A stretch of 64,000 nt of DNA, taken from positions 33,976,001-34,040,000 of the forward strand of contig JBHGNT010000001.1 in NCBI GenBank assembly GCA_043228905.1, written 5' to 3'. This DNA comes from Azolla caroliniana (Eukaryota > Plantae > Polypodiophyta). Each line of letters starts with the position of its first letter. Within the stretch, counting starts at the first letter, position 1. Under the pieces are notes generated by a model, which was not told the origin of the DNA, searched no databases, and saw only the letters and a program-made list of their open reading frames with translations. The translations under genes were made by a program, and so were the position numbers. This document shows positions 13,127 to 25,899 of the stretch, piece by piece.

Positions 13127-15417
13127 ATAAAGAATTCTTTGAAGAAGTTAAAGCCCACACTGTATTTGTAAGAAAACCTTGAAATATGGTGAAAAGTTAT
13201 CCCATTGTAGCTATGGTACTTTATATTGGAATCATTTCTTGAAAGTTAACTCCAAGTGCTTCTACATTGAGTGTTACTGTGAAAGTGCAATCATTCCTCC
13301 TTTGCGTAAGCTTTAACTTACTCCTTCAATAGCTATGGGTCCTATGCATGACACATGGCACATCCAAGAGGTTCTTGGGCCAACTTCCCCCGTGGGACTC
13401 ATGGGCCCTAATTTGAATTTCTTACAACACAACCTTTTATTAACTCTCTAAACTACCTTTAGGATTAGGTGTCCTCCCATAGGAAATATCTTATCTTTAT
13501 GAGCATGTGCATTAGGATATGCATTATGTGATTTAAATTATCATCCTTAAATATTGTTCCCAATAATTAGCTTGTTAAGAAAGGCTAGGAGTGCGTAAAA
13601 TAAGTGAAAATATGAATTGGAAGAAAAGTTGGAAGAAAAATAAGATTGTTCAAGATGAAAACAAAATACACTTAGCTTAGTAGAGAAATTATTTGACATT
13701 ACCATCACATCCTAATGCATTACTATTGGTTTACAAGATTCATCATAGGTTCCAAAGTATGAACGAAAGCAAGATACAACAATATATAAGCTATCTACGA
13801 AACCACCTATGATGTCCACATTCGATCCTATTATATGTTTATATAATGTCCATTATTACTATTGAGACTATAGAACTAAAAAGTAAACTTAGTGCGCGGG
13901 GTGTAAAATATAAAAAAAGATATGAAAATTGAATATAGCACTTTCAATTTTTGAGAAATTCCTATGGAAAGGATTTGCAACAATGCTGATTCATAAAGAT
14001 AAATATGGGAATACTGGATGTTGCATATTGTATTTCATAAGCAACCAATCACTTTTTCTTTACTAGGGATTCACATATGTGCATCAAAAACATGCTTCAA
14101 CTTTTAGGCATATTGTTCAACATAAGAGAGAGAAAGCACGAGTTACCATAAACCTGATCACCACATTGAGTAAATTAGAAAAAAACATGTATAAAATCTA
14201 TCAAGATTGTGCATGTGTGTGTGTGTGTGCGAGCACCTGCACGTGCATGTACATAATTCAAGATAAGCATCAGAAGCTTTGTCACCTCTTAAAATTTTGT
14301 GGCGAGGACCAAATATGTCAAAAATCATTCTCCCTTACCTTCATCAAAGGCTTGTAATGATTTGCAATGTGGAAAAGCAACAAAATGTTTACGAGGCTTC
14401 GTGTAGCCTCATGCAAAAATGGCACAAAAGCGTAAAAGCAAAGGTAAATGATTGTTACAATTGTAAACATTTATGAAATTCCAATAAGTTTTGCACGTTT
14501 GAGTATTGTGGCTATTCTTGGTCCCTGAACATTGAGGGATGAGAAAAAATGGAGAATGATACATTATGTTGTTGTGGCTTGCACTTGATACGATGTACCA
14601 TAACTCGACTTATGTTCCAATCCATTCTTTAAGCTATCATCCCACACAAAAAGGAAGGAAAGCAACAAGATAATGGACACCTTCTTTCTTTTTAACTTTT
14701 CTCTTTGTAAGGTGAGAAAATAATAGGCAACAAAGACAATGGGCAAAAAAAGTGTTAAAGTAAAGACATATTGGCAAAAAAGCTAAGCTACAAAATCCAC
14801 TAATCTTATTTTGAGAAGATTTCGCTAGGAAAGGTGTGATAGTGTACTCATAGTCCTGTTATTCAGAAGCAATTGATCGTCATCCTAGGCATTATCTTTT
14901 TATAAAGCTCTCTCTCAATGGACCCCGACTAGTGAATTGGTACACCCGAGAGGAAACCGTTGCTATTGATGGAGCCCATGTGTTTCTAACTAGTACACAA
15001 AATAGTAGCTAATTTGGCTCTCGATGGGCCCTGCCCCAAAGAAGAATGTAGAGAGAGCATTGTAGATTTATGTAGCCATCCCTTGTCTGAACACGTCCTT
15101 TCATGGGCTCACTAAATTTACAACATGGTAATAAACCCATAGGTATATACATGAAAAGATGACTCTAGAAATGAATAGATAGAACCACCACATATACACA
15201 TGTGTGTGTGGGTGTGTGGTGTTGGTTATGTTGCCATATATGCCAATTTAGAGTTGTCGATCTTGTTTGCGGAGGTATGGACGAAAATGCTCCATTGGAT
15301 CGGCAAAAGGCGAAGGTTTGTTGGAGTGGAGTGGAATTAGAAGGGAGAAATATATATGGAGTAAGGCGCAATTCATGCCTTTCAAGACACAAAATAGGAA
15401 TTGAAAGGTAAGAGTTG

Positions 15418-15469
<52 letters not shown>

Positions 15470-15609
15470 GAAGGGAAAGGACCTTCCTTTATGTGCAATG
15501 CTTCTCCTTAAGAAGAAGAAGAATAAGAAGAATCAGAAGCAAAAGCCAAAGTTAGTTAGTTAAGCCACTTTGTGTGTGTGTGTGTGTGTGTGGTGTGTGT
15601 GAGAGAGAG

Positions 15610-16428
15610 ATGAGTCGCTACAATAAGACTCTGTTTCAGCTTATCAAAGAGGAAGCAAGCAAGCAAGAACCCAGCAATGGATCCCAAACAATGAAGATCC
15701 CCCCCAATTGTATTCATAGCCATCAAGAAGAAGAAGAAAGAGAGAAAGATGAAGCAGATACTAATGAGTTTTCTCCACCTCTAACGCACTTAGGGAAGAT
15801 AGTTAAGGATAGCCAGAGTTGCAATGGATGGTTGGAGTTGGGGAAGAATGGCAATGAGCTATATTTTTATTCAGACCAGAAGCAGCAGCAGCAGCACAAA
15901 GAAGCACAGGCTGAGGAATGTCTACCCCTCCTTCGATTCGGCCATGGCCGGCCTTGTTTACAAGACGGTGGGGAGCTGAGCCTCGAGACGGCTGCGAGGC
16001 TCGACATGATGGAGCTCCGACTGTTCCATGCTCGGATCGAGCGGGACACGGCCCTCACACATGTGCTCCACCTCCGGGCCGCGCTCGGAACGGCATGCCA
16101 CGGCCTCCCCACGACAATCGACAGCTATTGCCCCTCCTCATCTAATGCACAAATCTTCACAGACCCGCATTGCTTCTACTCGATCGAACAAAGCCGATCG
16201 TCCGGCATACATCTCGGCTTCCACTCCGAAATGGCATGCCTGGATTGTGGTAGTGATCATGGTAGTGATCATTGCACCCCAAGGACAAGGACAAGGACAA
16301 GGACAAGGACGATGACAAGGACGAGGACGAGGACGACAACCACAACCACCACATCCAGCACAACCAAGACTAGTCCATTTAAATTCTATGCAGCACCATC
16401 ATTCCAAGGAGCTACACCAGTTGTGTAG
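15610..16428 (+). CDS. Intronless ORF (~272 aa) of unknown function with a short predicted coiled coil and a TR/T low-complexity tract
   Basis: Long ORF with a GC-rich core, preceded by a (GA)n/(GT)n leader. Helical segment LETAARLDMMELRLFHARIERDTALTHVLHLRAAL. No family recognised. Confidence 0.6.
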   Translation: MSRYNKTLFQLIKEEASKQEPSNGSQTMKIPPNCIHSHQEEEEREKDEADTNEFSPPLTHLGKIVKDSQSCNGWLELGKNGNELYFYSDQKQQQQHKEAQAEECLPLLRFGHGRPCLQDGGELSLETAARLDMMELRLFHARIERDTALTHVLHLRAALGTACHGLPTTIDSYCPSSSNAQIFTDPHCFYSIEQSRSSGIHLGFHSEMACLDCGSDHGSDHCTPRTRTRTRTRTMTRTRTRTTTTTTTSSTTKTSPFKFYAAPSFQGATPVV

Positions 16429-18041
16429 GTCTTGAATTTTTTGTGCAGGAGAATCCAACTCAATGTTAAAAAAACAAAACCAAAAACAAAAATTAAGGAT
16501 CAAAGGATCACATATCCTTCATGTAAAAGGAGAAAAAGAAAGAAGACAAATAGTCAAATCCAAACAAGAATTTTATGTAAAGTGTCATCATCATCATCAT
16601 CTCTTGCCAAAGTGATGGAAAATAAGATGTGTGAAGTGTGTTGTTGTTCCCTTTAGGATGTATAATCATGTGAAGAAAGTGTTTCTAAAGCAAGTCCCAA
16701 TATGTGTGAATTGTAAAGTATTTGTCACTCGGTGGGACGTCCTATCGCTCATGTTTCTTTCTTCCTCTCCCATGTTTCTTTCTTCCTCTCCCATGACCGT
16801 AAATTATCGTCATCATCGTCTTCTTCTTCTTCTCTTGTACCAAATCCCAATGCCTGCCCATAAAGATTTGTATTCATGTACGTGTGTGTCTTTACTAATA
16901 ACGTGAAAAGAAAAACATTTGGTTTAGAATTGCATTGTGAGCCCCTTTTGTACTCATCAGGAGCTAGTGTTGATCTAGGATCTATCATGAGGTAGAGTGT
17001 TGGGCCGGATGTTTTCACTACTCATATTTTCTACCAAAAGTGTTTCGAGTACGATGAATAATTCTCAAATATGTTCAAGGTTAGTGCTCCTCTTTATATG
17101 CAATGCCGAATGTGAGAGCCATGTTTGTATGGCAGTGTTCAGGAGAAAGACAATGTGCGCGACCACATCATGTGGACTTGGCATGATTACAATATATGAG
17201 TGGAAGAACGATGAATAAGTTAACGATGAATTTTTGTTTGGGTGCCACAATGTAAGAATATTGAAATAGGTGTACACTTTTTTTTATAAGAAAAATCATC
17301 GGTTGTAGGTTTTACAATAACTTTTTAGTGTGGGTGTCTCAAAGGGGGGGGGGATAACAAGGGCATTTGTGCAACTTTTCAAAAAAGAAGCATTCTACCA
17401 TAGTATAGTGTTGTGTATCTACGCATAGGGATAATAAGGCCATTTGCAGTTTGTTGTATCCACTTGCAATCATGAAATGAAACATAATGGAACAAACTAA
17501 TAAATTCGTGATGAAAACGCCAACAAGGTGCATACATTTCATACACAAATGAATAAGCCCAGTTACAATTACTATATCCTAAACCCTCTCAATTGTGATA
17601 TTTTACTTTTAAATATTAACCAATATATTAAGACCATCTAACACTACCATCCACCTAATCTCTTCAAATGTTGGTTGTATGATACCAAACTTTCAAACTC
17701 GGGTCTTTAGGCAGTTGAATTTTGGTACATACACTTATCTAAACAAGGAAAGGTTGATCTTGGGATGTGAATCTCATGAATGTAAAAACACAATAAATTC
17801 CCTCTACAACCGAAGACAATACATTTTGTCAAAAATCTATTCTCATTTTTTGTCCATACAATAAACATAATCAACAAAGCTTTCTATGAAATCAATGGGG
17901 CTAAGTTCTAACCATGAGAATATACAATGGCTACATACATAGAGACATAACGCATAGAGAAATTTATATCGCAGTACGCCTCATAATTCCCAATATGTCC
18001 TGTACTCTTTTAGATTCTCAAAACACCTCGATTCTTCTTCT

Positions 18042-18086
<45 letters not shown>

Positions 18087-19696
18087 CACACACACACACA
18101 CATTTTCTCACACTCTCTAAAGTTTCTTTTGAGAATTATAGAGAGAACGAGAGTGTGTGTAAGCCCTAGGGTATATCAAGAGGTGTTTCATAAATTTGAA
18201 TCTACAATTGGGGTATTCTATAAATTTTATGAAGATTTGGAGTATTGTACTTTGTCATGAAACCTATTGTTGCTCAAAGGATAATGTCCAAAGGAACTGC
18301 CATTTAGTGTAGTTATTTTTTCTTGATGAAATTTAGAACTTTTCTATTTCCGTTTCTCTTTTTTATTGCTTTGACTATGGATATATATATATGCACCTTA
18401 TTTTCTCATCCTCTACTATGCAATGATCTCCATCATTTGTTGATTTGTTCCATCTCTTTCATCTTTCATTCCAACCTTCCACCAATTTTCAGCTCTTCTT
18501 CACAAAAACGAAAATCCTTTACTTCTTCATAGAGGTGTACGCAAATGGAATGTACAATAAAACTCAAACTTTCCTAGGTTTCAAATCATTTGCAGGTTAT
18601 TATAGGTTGGCATTTCACAAAGTCAAGTTTTGGAATGCATGTGCAAGGTGAAAGTCAACTACATATATATATATATATATATTTGCAACGAGGGTCAACT
18701 ATATGTATAATATATAAAGAGAGCAGAATTAATCAATGTGTAGATGTATATAATGCATTATTTTAGAAATACGCAATTTGCCTCAATGAGGCCATGTTAA
18801 TAGTTTGATTAATGGTTATGATTAGAGCTGACAACACATTGTGTTGTGTGGGAAAAAAACTATAAACTTTTCTCAATGTTTTCTTAATATTTATTTTTAA
18901 CAAATGTAGTGCATCGGATTATATGGATTGCTTCTCTCTCTCTCTCTCTCTCTCTCTCTTAGAGATCTGTTAGTTGTTTTTACCAATGAAATCATTGCTT
19001 GAAATATGGATTTAGGAAGTTGGTTTTATTTTTAACTTAAAAGTGCAGGAAGCACTAGTTCTGGATGGGGAAACTAGAGGGCATTGACATTTTCTGAGAC
19101 TTAAACTTTGAGAAGATGGCATCGGGAAGCAAATCCTCCAACCTTACTGACCAAGCTCCATCTTCAGTATATGCAGACTTCAAGATCACTGGAGACCTGT
19201 TCTTGCAAAACCCAAACCCTCTTCTCGTATAGGGATAAAACCCTAGGGGTTAGCAACGTTTTACTTAACCATGCACCATGGCTAAAATCTCACTAATCCA
19301 CCAGATGACCTTGTGGAATGAAGGGTTGAACGCCCAACTTTACTGAACAAGCTCCTCTTCAGTATATGCAGAGCTCAAGAGCACTGAGGACAGGTCCTTG
19401 CAAAAAACATTGTCAAGCAAGTCTGATCTGTGTTCTAGTTCTCCTAACAATCTTGCAAATCACATAACTAATTATGTATATGGAAAATGACCATATAAGC
19501 TTTTGCCATAATTTTGGCAAAGTTTCTGAAACATGAAGCTTTATGGATCAAAGGGAATGATGACTCTTCTGTGCTTCTGATAGCCAAATATCCTTTCAGC
19601 TGGGATATATAGATTACTGAAATTCCTTCTCACCAACTTCTATTTTATAGTCTGACTTTTTAAAGTTCCTTTAGCAAAACCGTCCTCATTCTTCCT

Positions 19697-22600
19697 TCAT
19701 CGGTTTGAAGAGGTATTATGCACAAATGTTTGTTTATTTATGATTGTACATGAACACTCGCCATCTCGGAAACGGTGGACACAATATGAATCCGTGATTA
19801 TGATCTCTCTCCTTTCAACTTTTGATGTGATGCTCGTACTCATATGGCAGTTTCTGCACACTCTAAGGTTCTTTGCAATCCTTATACTTGAACCCTGAGG
19901 ACAATGAAGAAGCCCAAAAGCTATGGCTAATCTTTCGCAATGCCCACATAAAGCATCCTCCTTTGCTTGTTCTGATGTTGGATGCAAAATTACATCTAGA
20001 TTTGGGCTATACCCTTCCTCTCTTGCTTGCATATCCAAAGACTTTACTTTTGCGAGAACCCCATAATTGCTAGGATGACTCCAGTCACCAACAGTAAAGA
20101 CATGAACCTGTTTATTAATTTCAATAGACGCCTTTGCCAGTTTTTTCCTTAGGTTCCGTGCTTTCCTCAAATTTTCAACCTCTTTGGCTGCATCCACCAT
20201 ACCAGCTTCTGCATACAGAGTTGACATGAGTACATGCGCTGCAGCATTTCCCGGGTCCAAACACAAAATGCGATCATAACACCGTCTTGCTATATCCAAA
20301 CGAAAACAATGGCTCCGACATGAGCTAAGTAATGATGTCCATCCTATTATGTTAGGCCCTAAGTGCATGCTTTCAAGCAAATCCTCTGCTTCATTCCAGT
20401 ACCCACAATTACTAAGAAGGTCATTAAGTGTATTAAAATGTTCTATAGTGGGTGCAATACCATGGTCTGCTACCATTGATTTCAGATGGAAGACACCTTC
20501 CTTCAGCAACCCAGCATGAACACATGCTGAAAGAACGCACAGAAATGTTACTCCATCCGGAGTACACCCTTCCTTGAGCATTTCATCGAAATACTTCAAT
20601 GCGCAATCATAGTTGTTGTCCTGAGCATATCCGGCTATCATGCTGCTCCACATTACATTATCATGGTTTGGTGTTCGTCTGAACACCATGCTTGCATCGG
20701 AAAGGCTCCCAGACTTCGCATACATATCTATAAGAGCGCAACCCACAAAACGATTTGATTCCCATCCTCTTTCAAGTATGTACACATGTATGTCTCTCCC
20801 GTATTCTAACGCCATTGTAGTGGAACAAGCTTTTAGTAGAAAGATAAAAGTGGAAGGTTCGGGTTCAATACTCTCCTGCTGCATCTGTTGGAATAAGGTC
20901 AGAGCCTCCTGACCCAAATCATTTCTAGCATGCCATCCTATAAGCACGCTCCATGTTGTAGCATCTTTCTTTGATAATCTGGAAAAAAGGATGAATGAAT
21001 CATCAAGGCTACCACATTTGGGATACATATCAATAAGTGCATTGCCAATAAAAGTGTCAGATTCAAGCCCATCTCTTAATATATAGCAATGAATGAGGTG
21101 CAAATTCGAGAGATTTGCTGGGTCACAACATGCTTTCAAAATGGAGAGATACGTGCTTGAGTTGGGATTGATCCCTACTTGCTGCATTCTGTGGAAAATG
21201 TCCACAGCTTCCTGCGCTTTCCCAAAATCTGCATAGCCTCCAATCAATGCAGTCCAACAGACAATGTCTCGGTGTGGTAATCTGTTAAACACAGAATCAG
21301 CTTCGGAGAGGCTACCACACTTTGAATACATGTCAACAAGTGCATTACCGATACTGTTATCCAGTTCAATTCCACTTCTCATTATCTGACCATGAACTAG
21401 TCTGCCTTGTTGTAAGGCTGTAGATAAGGAGCATCCTTTTAAAATGCTGAGGTATGTCACTTGATTGGGTTCAAATTTTGCCTGACGCATTTCATCGAGA
21501 AGCTCAAAAGCTTTCTTACCATGACCAAGTTGTGCATAGCCCGATATCAATGCACTCCACATCGCAACATCCCAACATGGGGATTTGTTGAACATCACTT
21601 GTGCACTTTCAAGGCTTCCACATTTCACATACATATCAATTAGGGAGCAACCAACAGACATATCTAGCTCAAAACCACAATCAATTACATGGGTATGCAT
21701 ATCCATAGCTTTCCCCAAACTAAGGTTCCCAGAACATGCTTTAAGGATACACATGAATGATGACAGATCTAACTTTGGGCATTCCATTTGCATTTGTTCA
21801 AAAAGATTCAATGCATCTGTACTGTACCCCCATAATGCACAACCAGAAATAAAAATATTCCACATCACTACATCTCTATGTGGAGCTTGACTAAAGATGG
21901 CATAGGCATCTTGGAGCTCTCCACATTCAAGATAAATTTCTAGCAGTGTGCTGGCAATGTATAAATCAGCCTCACAACCCCTTTCAATAATGAGATTGTG
22001 AAATTTCCTTCCTTGCACTAATGCACCCAGATTAAGACAAGCTTTTAGAAGGGATGTGAAAAAGGTGGCATCCGGTTCAATTCCCTCATTTTGCATCTTC
22101 TCAAAAACTCCAAGTACCTCCATATCATACCCATGCTGGGTGTATCCTGCAACCAAGGTGCTCCACGTAACCAAACTTCTTTTATACAACTTTTCAAACA
22201 ATGCATGTGCCATATCCAGGCTCCCACACTTAATATACATGTGGATAAGAGCATTTGCAATGATTGTATCATGTTCAAGCCCGCTTTGAATTATGCAATT
22301 GTGAGTCTTCTTTCCCTGCTCTAAAGCTCTGGTGCTTGTGCACGTTTTCAAAACACGGATAAATGTGAGCTTGTTTTCTTCAAGATCATCACCATAAATT
22401 GTAGGAAAACGTTCTGGAGCAGCTGCACCATGCTCATTATGCATGTAACCTGCAAATCAGTGTGTGTTCCATGTGAGAACTTTCTCAAACATATAATACA
22501 TTAGACAAACATGTTCCTGAATGTTATTGCTAAATTGCAATCAAGCTTCGTAGTACTGATCATGGTGGTTATCCTTGGAACTTGTAGGGAATCTGATCAT

Positions 22601-25600
22601 ACATCACAGAGCACTCAGATATCTGTTATTCACAGGGAGACTGTCATACACCAGGGATAAACCTATAAAATAGCCTCTCAACATCATCCCAATCCAAAAG
22701 AATAGCATGTCAAACTTTAAGGATATTAAAATAAAAAATACATTAGGAACCTTCTCTCTAGTAGATACATAACAAGAGAAGAAGAATTCTACTTGCAATC
22801 AAGCTCCATTGTACTCAACATGGATATTATCGTCCGTATTTGTAGGGAATCCACAGAATCTTCCCATATTCAAACTCCATAGGGCATCTAGAATACTGAT
22901 ATAGCAATGGCTTCTTAGCGTGTCAAACTTTAAAGATGATAAAATAGAAAAGATACATGCAGAAACTTCACCTTGGAGGATATCTAACCATAGAAAGAGT
23001 ATTTCACTCAATCAAGACCCATAGTCCTCATCATAGATTTCGTCCTTGGTACTTGTAGGATATCCAACGGAATCCTTTGTAATCAAACTCCATCAAAAAT
23101 CCAGAAAAGATTGGATGAGAACCCAACAAGGAGTCTGCCATGCATAGTGGATGAACTTCAGAGTAATGGCCTCTCATTTATTTCTCTCTCAATAGGTGTC
23201 CAATAACCCACTTGTAAACCAATAAATTCTACCAAGAAGAAGATTTAATCAAATACATGAGAAGATTCTGGCACCATAATGATTGCACATCCATATCCTT
23301 GGCCAAGTCAAGGAGCTACCTGGTGGTCAGGACACTTGAATGTGCGATTAGTTATCACAACCTTAATTTGCTGGCCATTCCCAAATAATTGCAATTGGCT
23401 CTTTCATATCCACAAGAAGAAGAAAAAGTGGCTGCTTTTGTTTTAATGCAAAAAGCTAGAGACTATATTTTCTATATTTCAGAATGATACTTTCTTCTTT
23501 TCATGTCTATTGCTTGTGTCCACTACTCTTGTACCTACCTATCTGGGTTGCTTGTTACAGAATTCAACAAAAAGATTGTTTTCTATGAATCCCTAGTACA
23601 TGGTGACTTCAAATTTATAAATACTATACGTGAATATAACCTTTTGGGTCATGTGCGTTTCAAAATCTGAGATTGTGGAATATACCAGAAACTTACTTTC
23701 ATGTCGATATGTATAAATTTCACAAACACTTCAAAAGATGTACTCTTCACAAATTAAAAACTGCTAGAGGAAACTGAAGAAACTCAGTTTTTTATTTCTC
23801 TTACACAACTATACCTATTATTGGCAATCATTAGTGGTATTCCAGAAATTAAGGTCTCCATCAGTGTTTTGCTTTAGCATGTGACTAAGAAACTCTGCCA
23901 AGAGAGTATTAAATTTTTCCATGTTACCAGTTGCACCATCTCAAGTCCATAATATATAGTGAAAATTATATTTCAGTAACCAATCACAGCTGTCTGGAAT
24001 AATACGCATGTCATCGTATCTTTAATTGCGTAAGTGATAGCATACGAATCAAGATGTGTTCTCATGTAGTATGATCAGGACATCATATATCCAAATGGGT
24101 ATGTCCTGTGGAAATAGGCAGTTGCAATCATTGCTGTGAATCAATTCACTGATTCATCTTCTACACGTCAAACCCCACACAATTATATTTACAATGAGAA
24201 GAAATCAAATAAGACCATCATATGATAACAGATAGGTCTTTACCATTCAAATCTTTTTCCTGTTTGCATTCGTATTTCATAAGACCTCCAGATTCTATGG
24301 CATCAGCTTGCATCAAGAGAGGGCAATAATCGATAAATAATTTGACAATATCGTTCCCATTTTCAGAATGCAGAAAACCCTTCTGCAAAATCCATCAAGA
24401 CGTTCTTACTAAAATGCAGATAGAATGCTTTTTTGAGAGGGGATAATCAAACCAACTTTTGGTGTTTTACGTAGTGCTCAACCTTTGAAAAAAGCAAACA
24501 AATCAATGAAATGTACAAAACAAAATGTAGAAATTGTTTTTAATGCCTTGCATCAAAAGTGTGTCCTTATAATCAAATAGCTGCTCACATTGAGCTGCTT
24601 AATACCTCTGTAAAATTGTCAAAGGGGACTAAACAAGACATTTGTTGTATATGCTTATTGACAAAGTGTGGTGATGAGCTTTCATTGGAATCCTGCCTGT
24701 TTTACGTGGATAATTAATGATATTCCCAAGGCCAATGAAGAGATGTTCCCATATACCTAGCCATTTTCTCCCAATGGAAGGGAATAACATACACAAGGCC
24801 AATGAATAGGACATTCAACCTACACCTTTTTCTTGTGTGGGTGGGAATGCTATGTCACGAACAAATCTAGTTCCAAAAAATGGAACGCGATAGAGAAATT
24901 CAAATACAATATGGTTGCATGTATCAACCAAACCTGTTTTTTTCGTATGAATGAGAGTGATATATTAAAGGCCAACTTGATGGGCTTTTGATCCAGTTCC
25001 AAAAATGGAACTCAATGCATATGGTCGTATGGTCACAAATAGAACAGGTTGCACACATCAACAATGCCCTTTCTCTTGCAAATGCAGAGATGATAGGCCG
25101 TAAGAGAACACAGAGAATCCAACGAAGGCCTTTTCTCACATGGGGAAGAATAGTATGTCCAAGGCTCAATTGCTTTACTACCAATTAGGTTCGAAGATGG
25201 GACATCCTACAGACAGTCAACCTTGTATCAAACCAACTCTTTTCAACAAGGATGGGGTACACAATCCCTGATGTTAATGAAAGGGAAAGAAAGCATATTT
25301 AAAACTTCCTTTACATTCAATGTATTTTAAATTGAAACACCGGGAATGATATGTCCAGCACCTATAAAGCATCTTTGAAAATTTTGATTCTCTGTTTTTC
25401 AGATTTAGTTCCAAATAAAAAATGGGTGGCAAATACAATTATCTAGTTCTATGAACTCCATGTAATGATATATTTGTCTACTTCCATGAACCAAATTCAG
25501 CTGCATACAGCATGAACTGACAACAATAATTGTATATTTCCATGGAACCAAAAACACGCGACAATTTGCTCTTTTACCGATGGAAAATAGATTCAACACT

Positions 25601-25899
25601 GAAGGAAACTAACTTCCTAGTCATATGTACCATATACACCGAAAGAGAGATAAACTGACGAACCTGATTAGAGCTGTGCACACCACCCATAGGAACTCCA
25701 TAGCCGGAAACAGAGCAAAGCATCAAACCTGCGAGAAATAGAGTAAAAACAGAGAGAGAGAGACATGATGAGGAGAGAATAAAGTTTAGATTTTATGGTT
25801 ATGAAATCTGGTAGTAGGACCTTCAATAGCCCCACCTTCATCTTTGTTGAAGTTCGGAGAGGAGAGAGCCATGGCTGGTTGGAGTTGCAGCAAATCCAT
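19697..25899 (-). CDS. PLS-class PPR protein with E1/E2 and a DYW:KP-like deaminase domain (organellar RNA-editing factor); main exon 22449-19697, inferred upstream exons 25899-25836, 25728-25664, (24482-24471), 24382-24244
   Basis: Six L-S-P triplets plus L2/S2, E1 (GWTSLLSSC), E2 (AAAHVLMSTLY), then KKLAKASIE...HCERLA...KNLRVCRNCH...VHRFRDGECSC. The upstream exons have GT-AG borders and join in frame; they are less certain than the main exon. Confidence 0.92.
24630..25270 (-). mobile_element. Probable LINE 3' remnant (zf-RVT-like) in a PPR intron
   Basis: GLRWILCVLL...CSICDHTTICIEFHFWNW...SSW resembles the C-x2-C...H.FW.C zinc-binding region of plant LINE ORF2; degenerate. Confidence 0.5.

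Noticed and set aside
17060-17220. Possible LINE zf-RVT fragment (similar hints at 26180-26900)
   Set aside because: Too short and degenerate to call by eye.
19873-22324. Plus-strand ORFs overlapping the PPR exon
   Set aside because: Antisense shadows of the PPR coding sequence.
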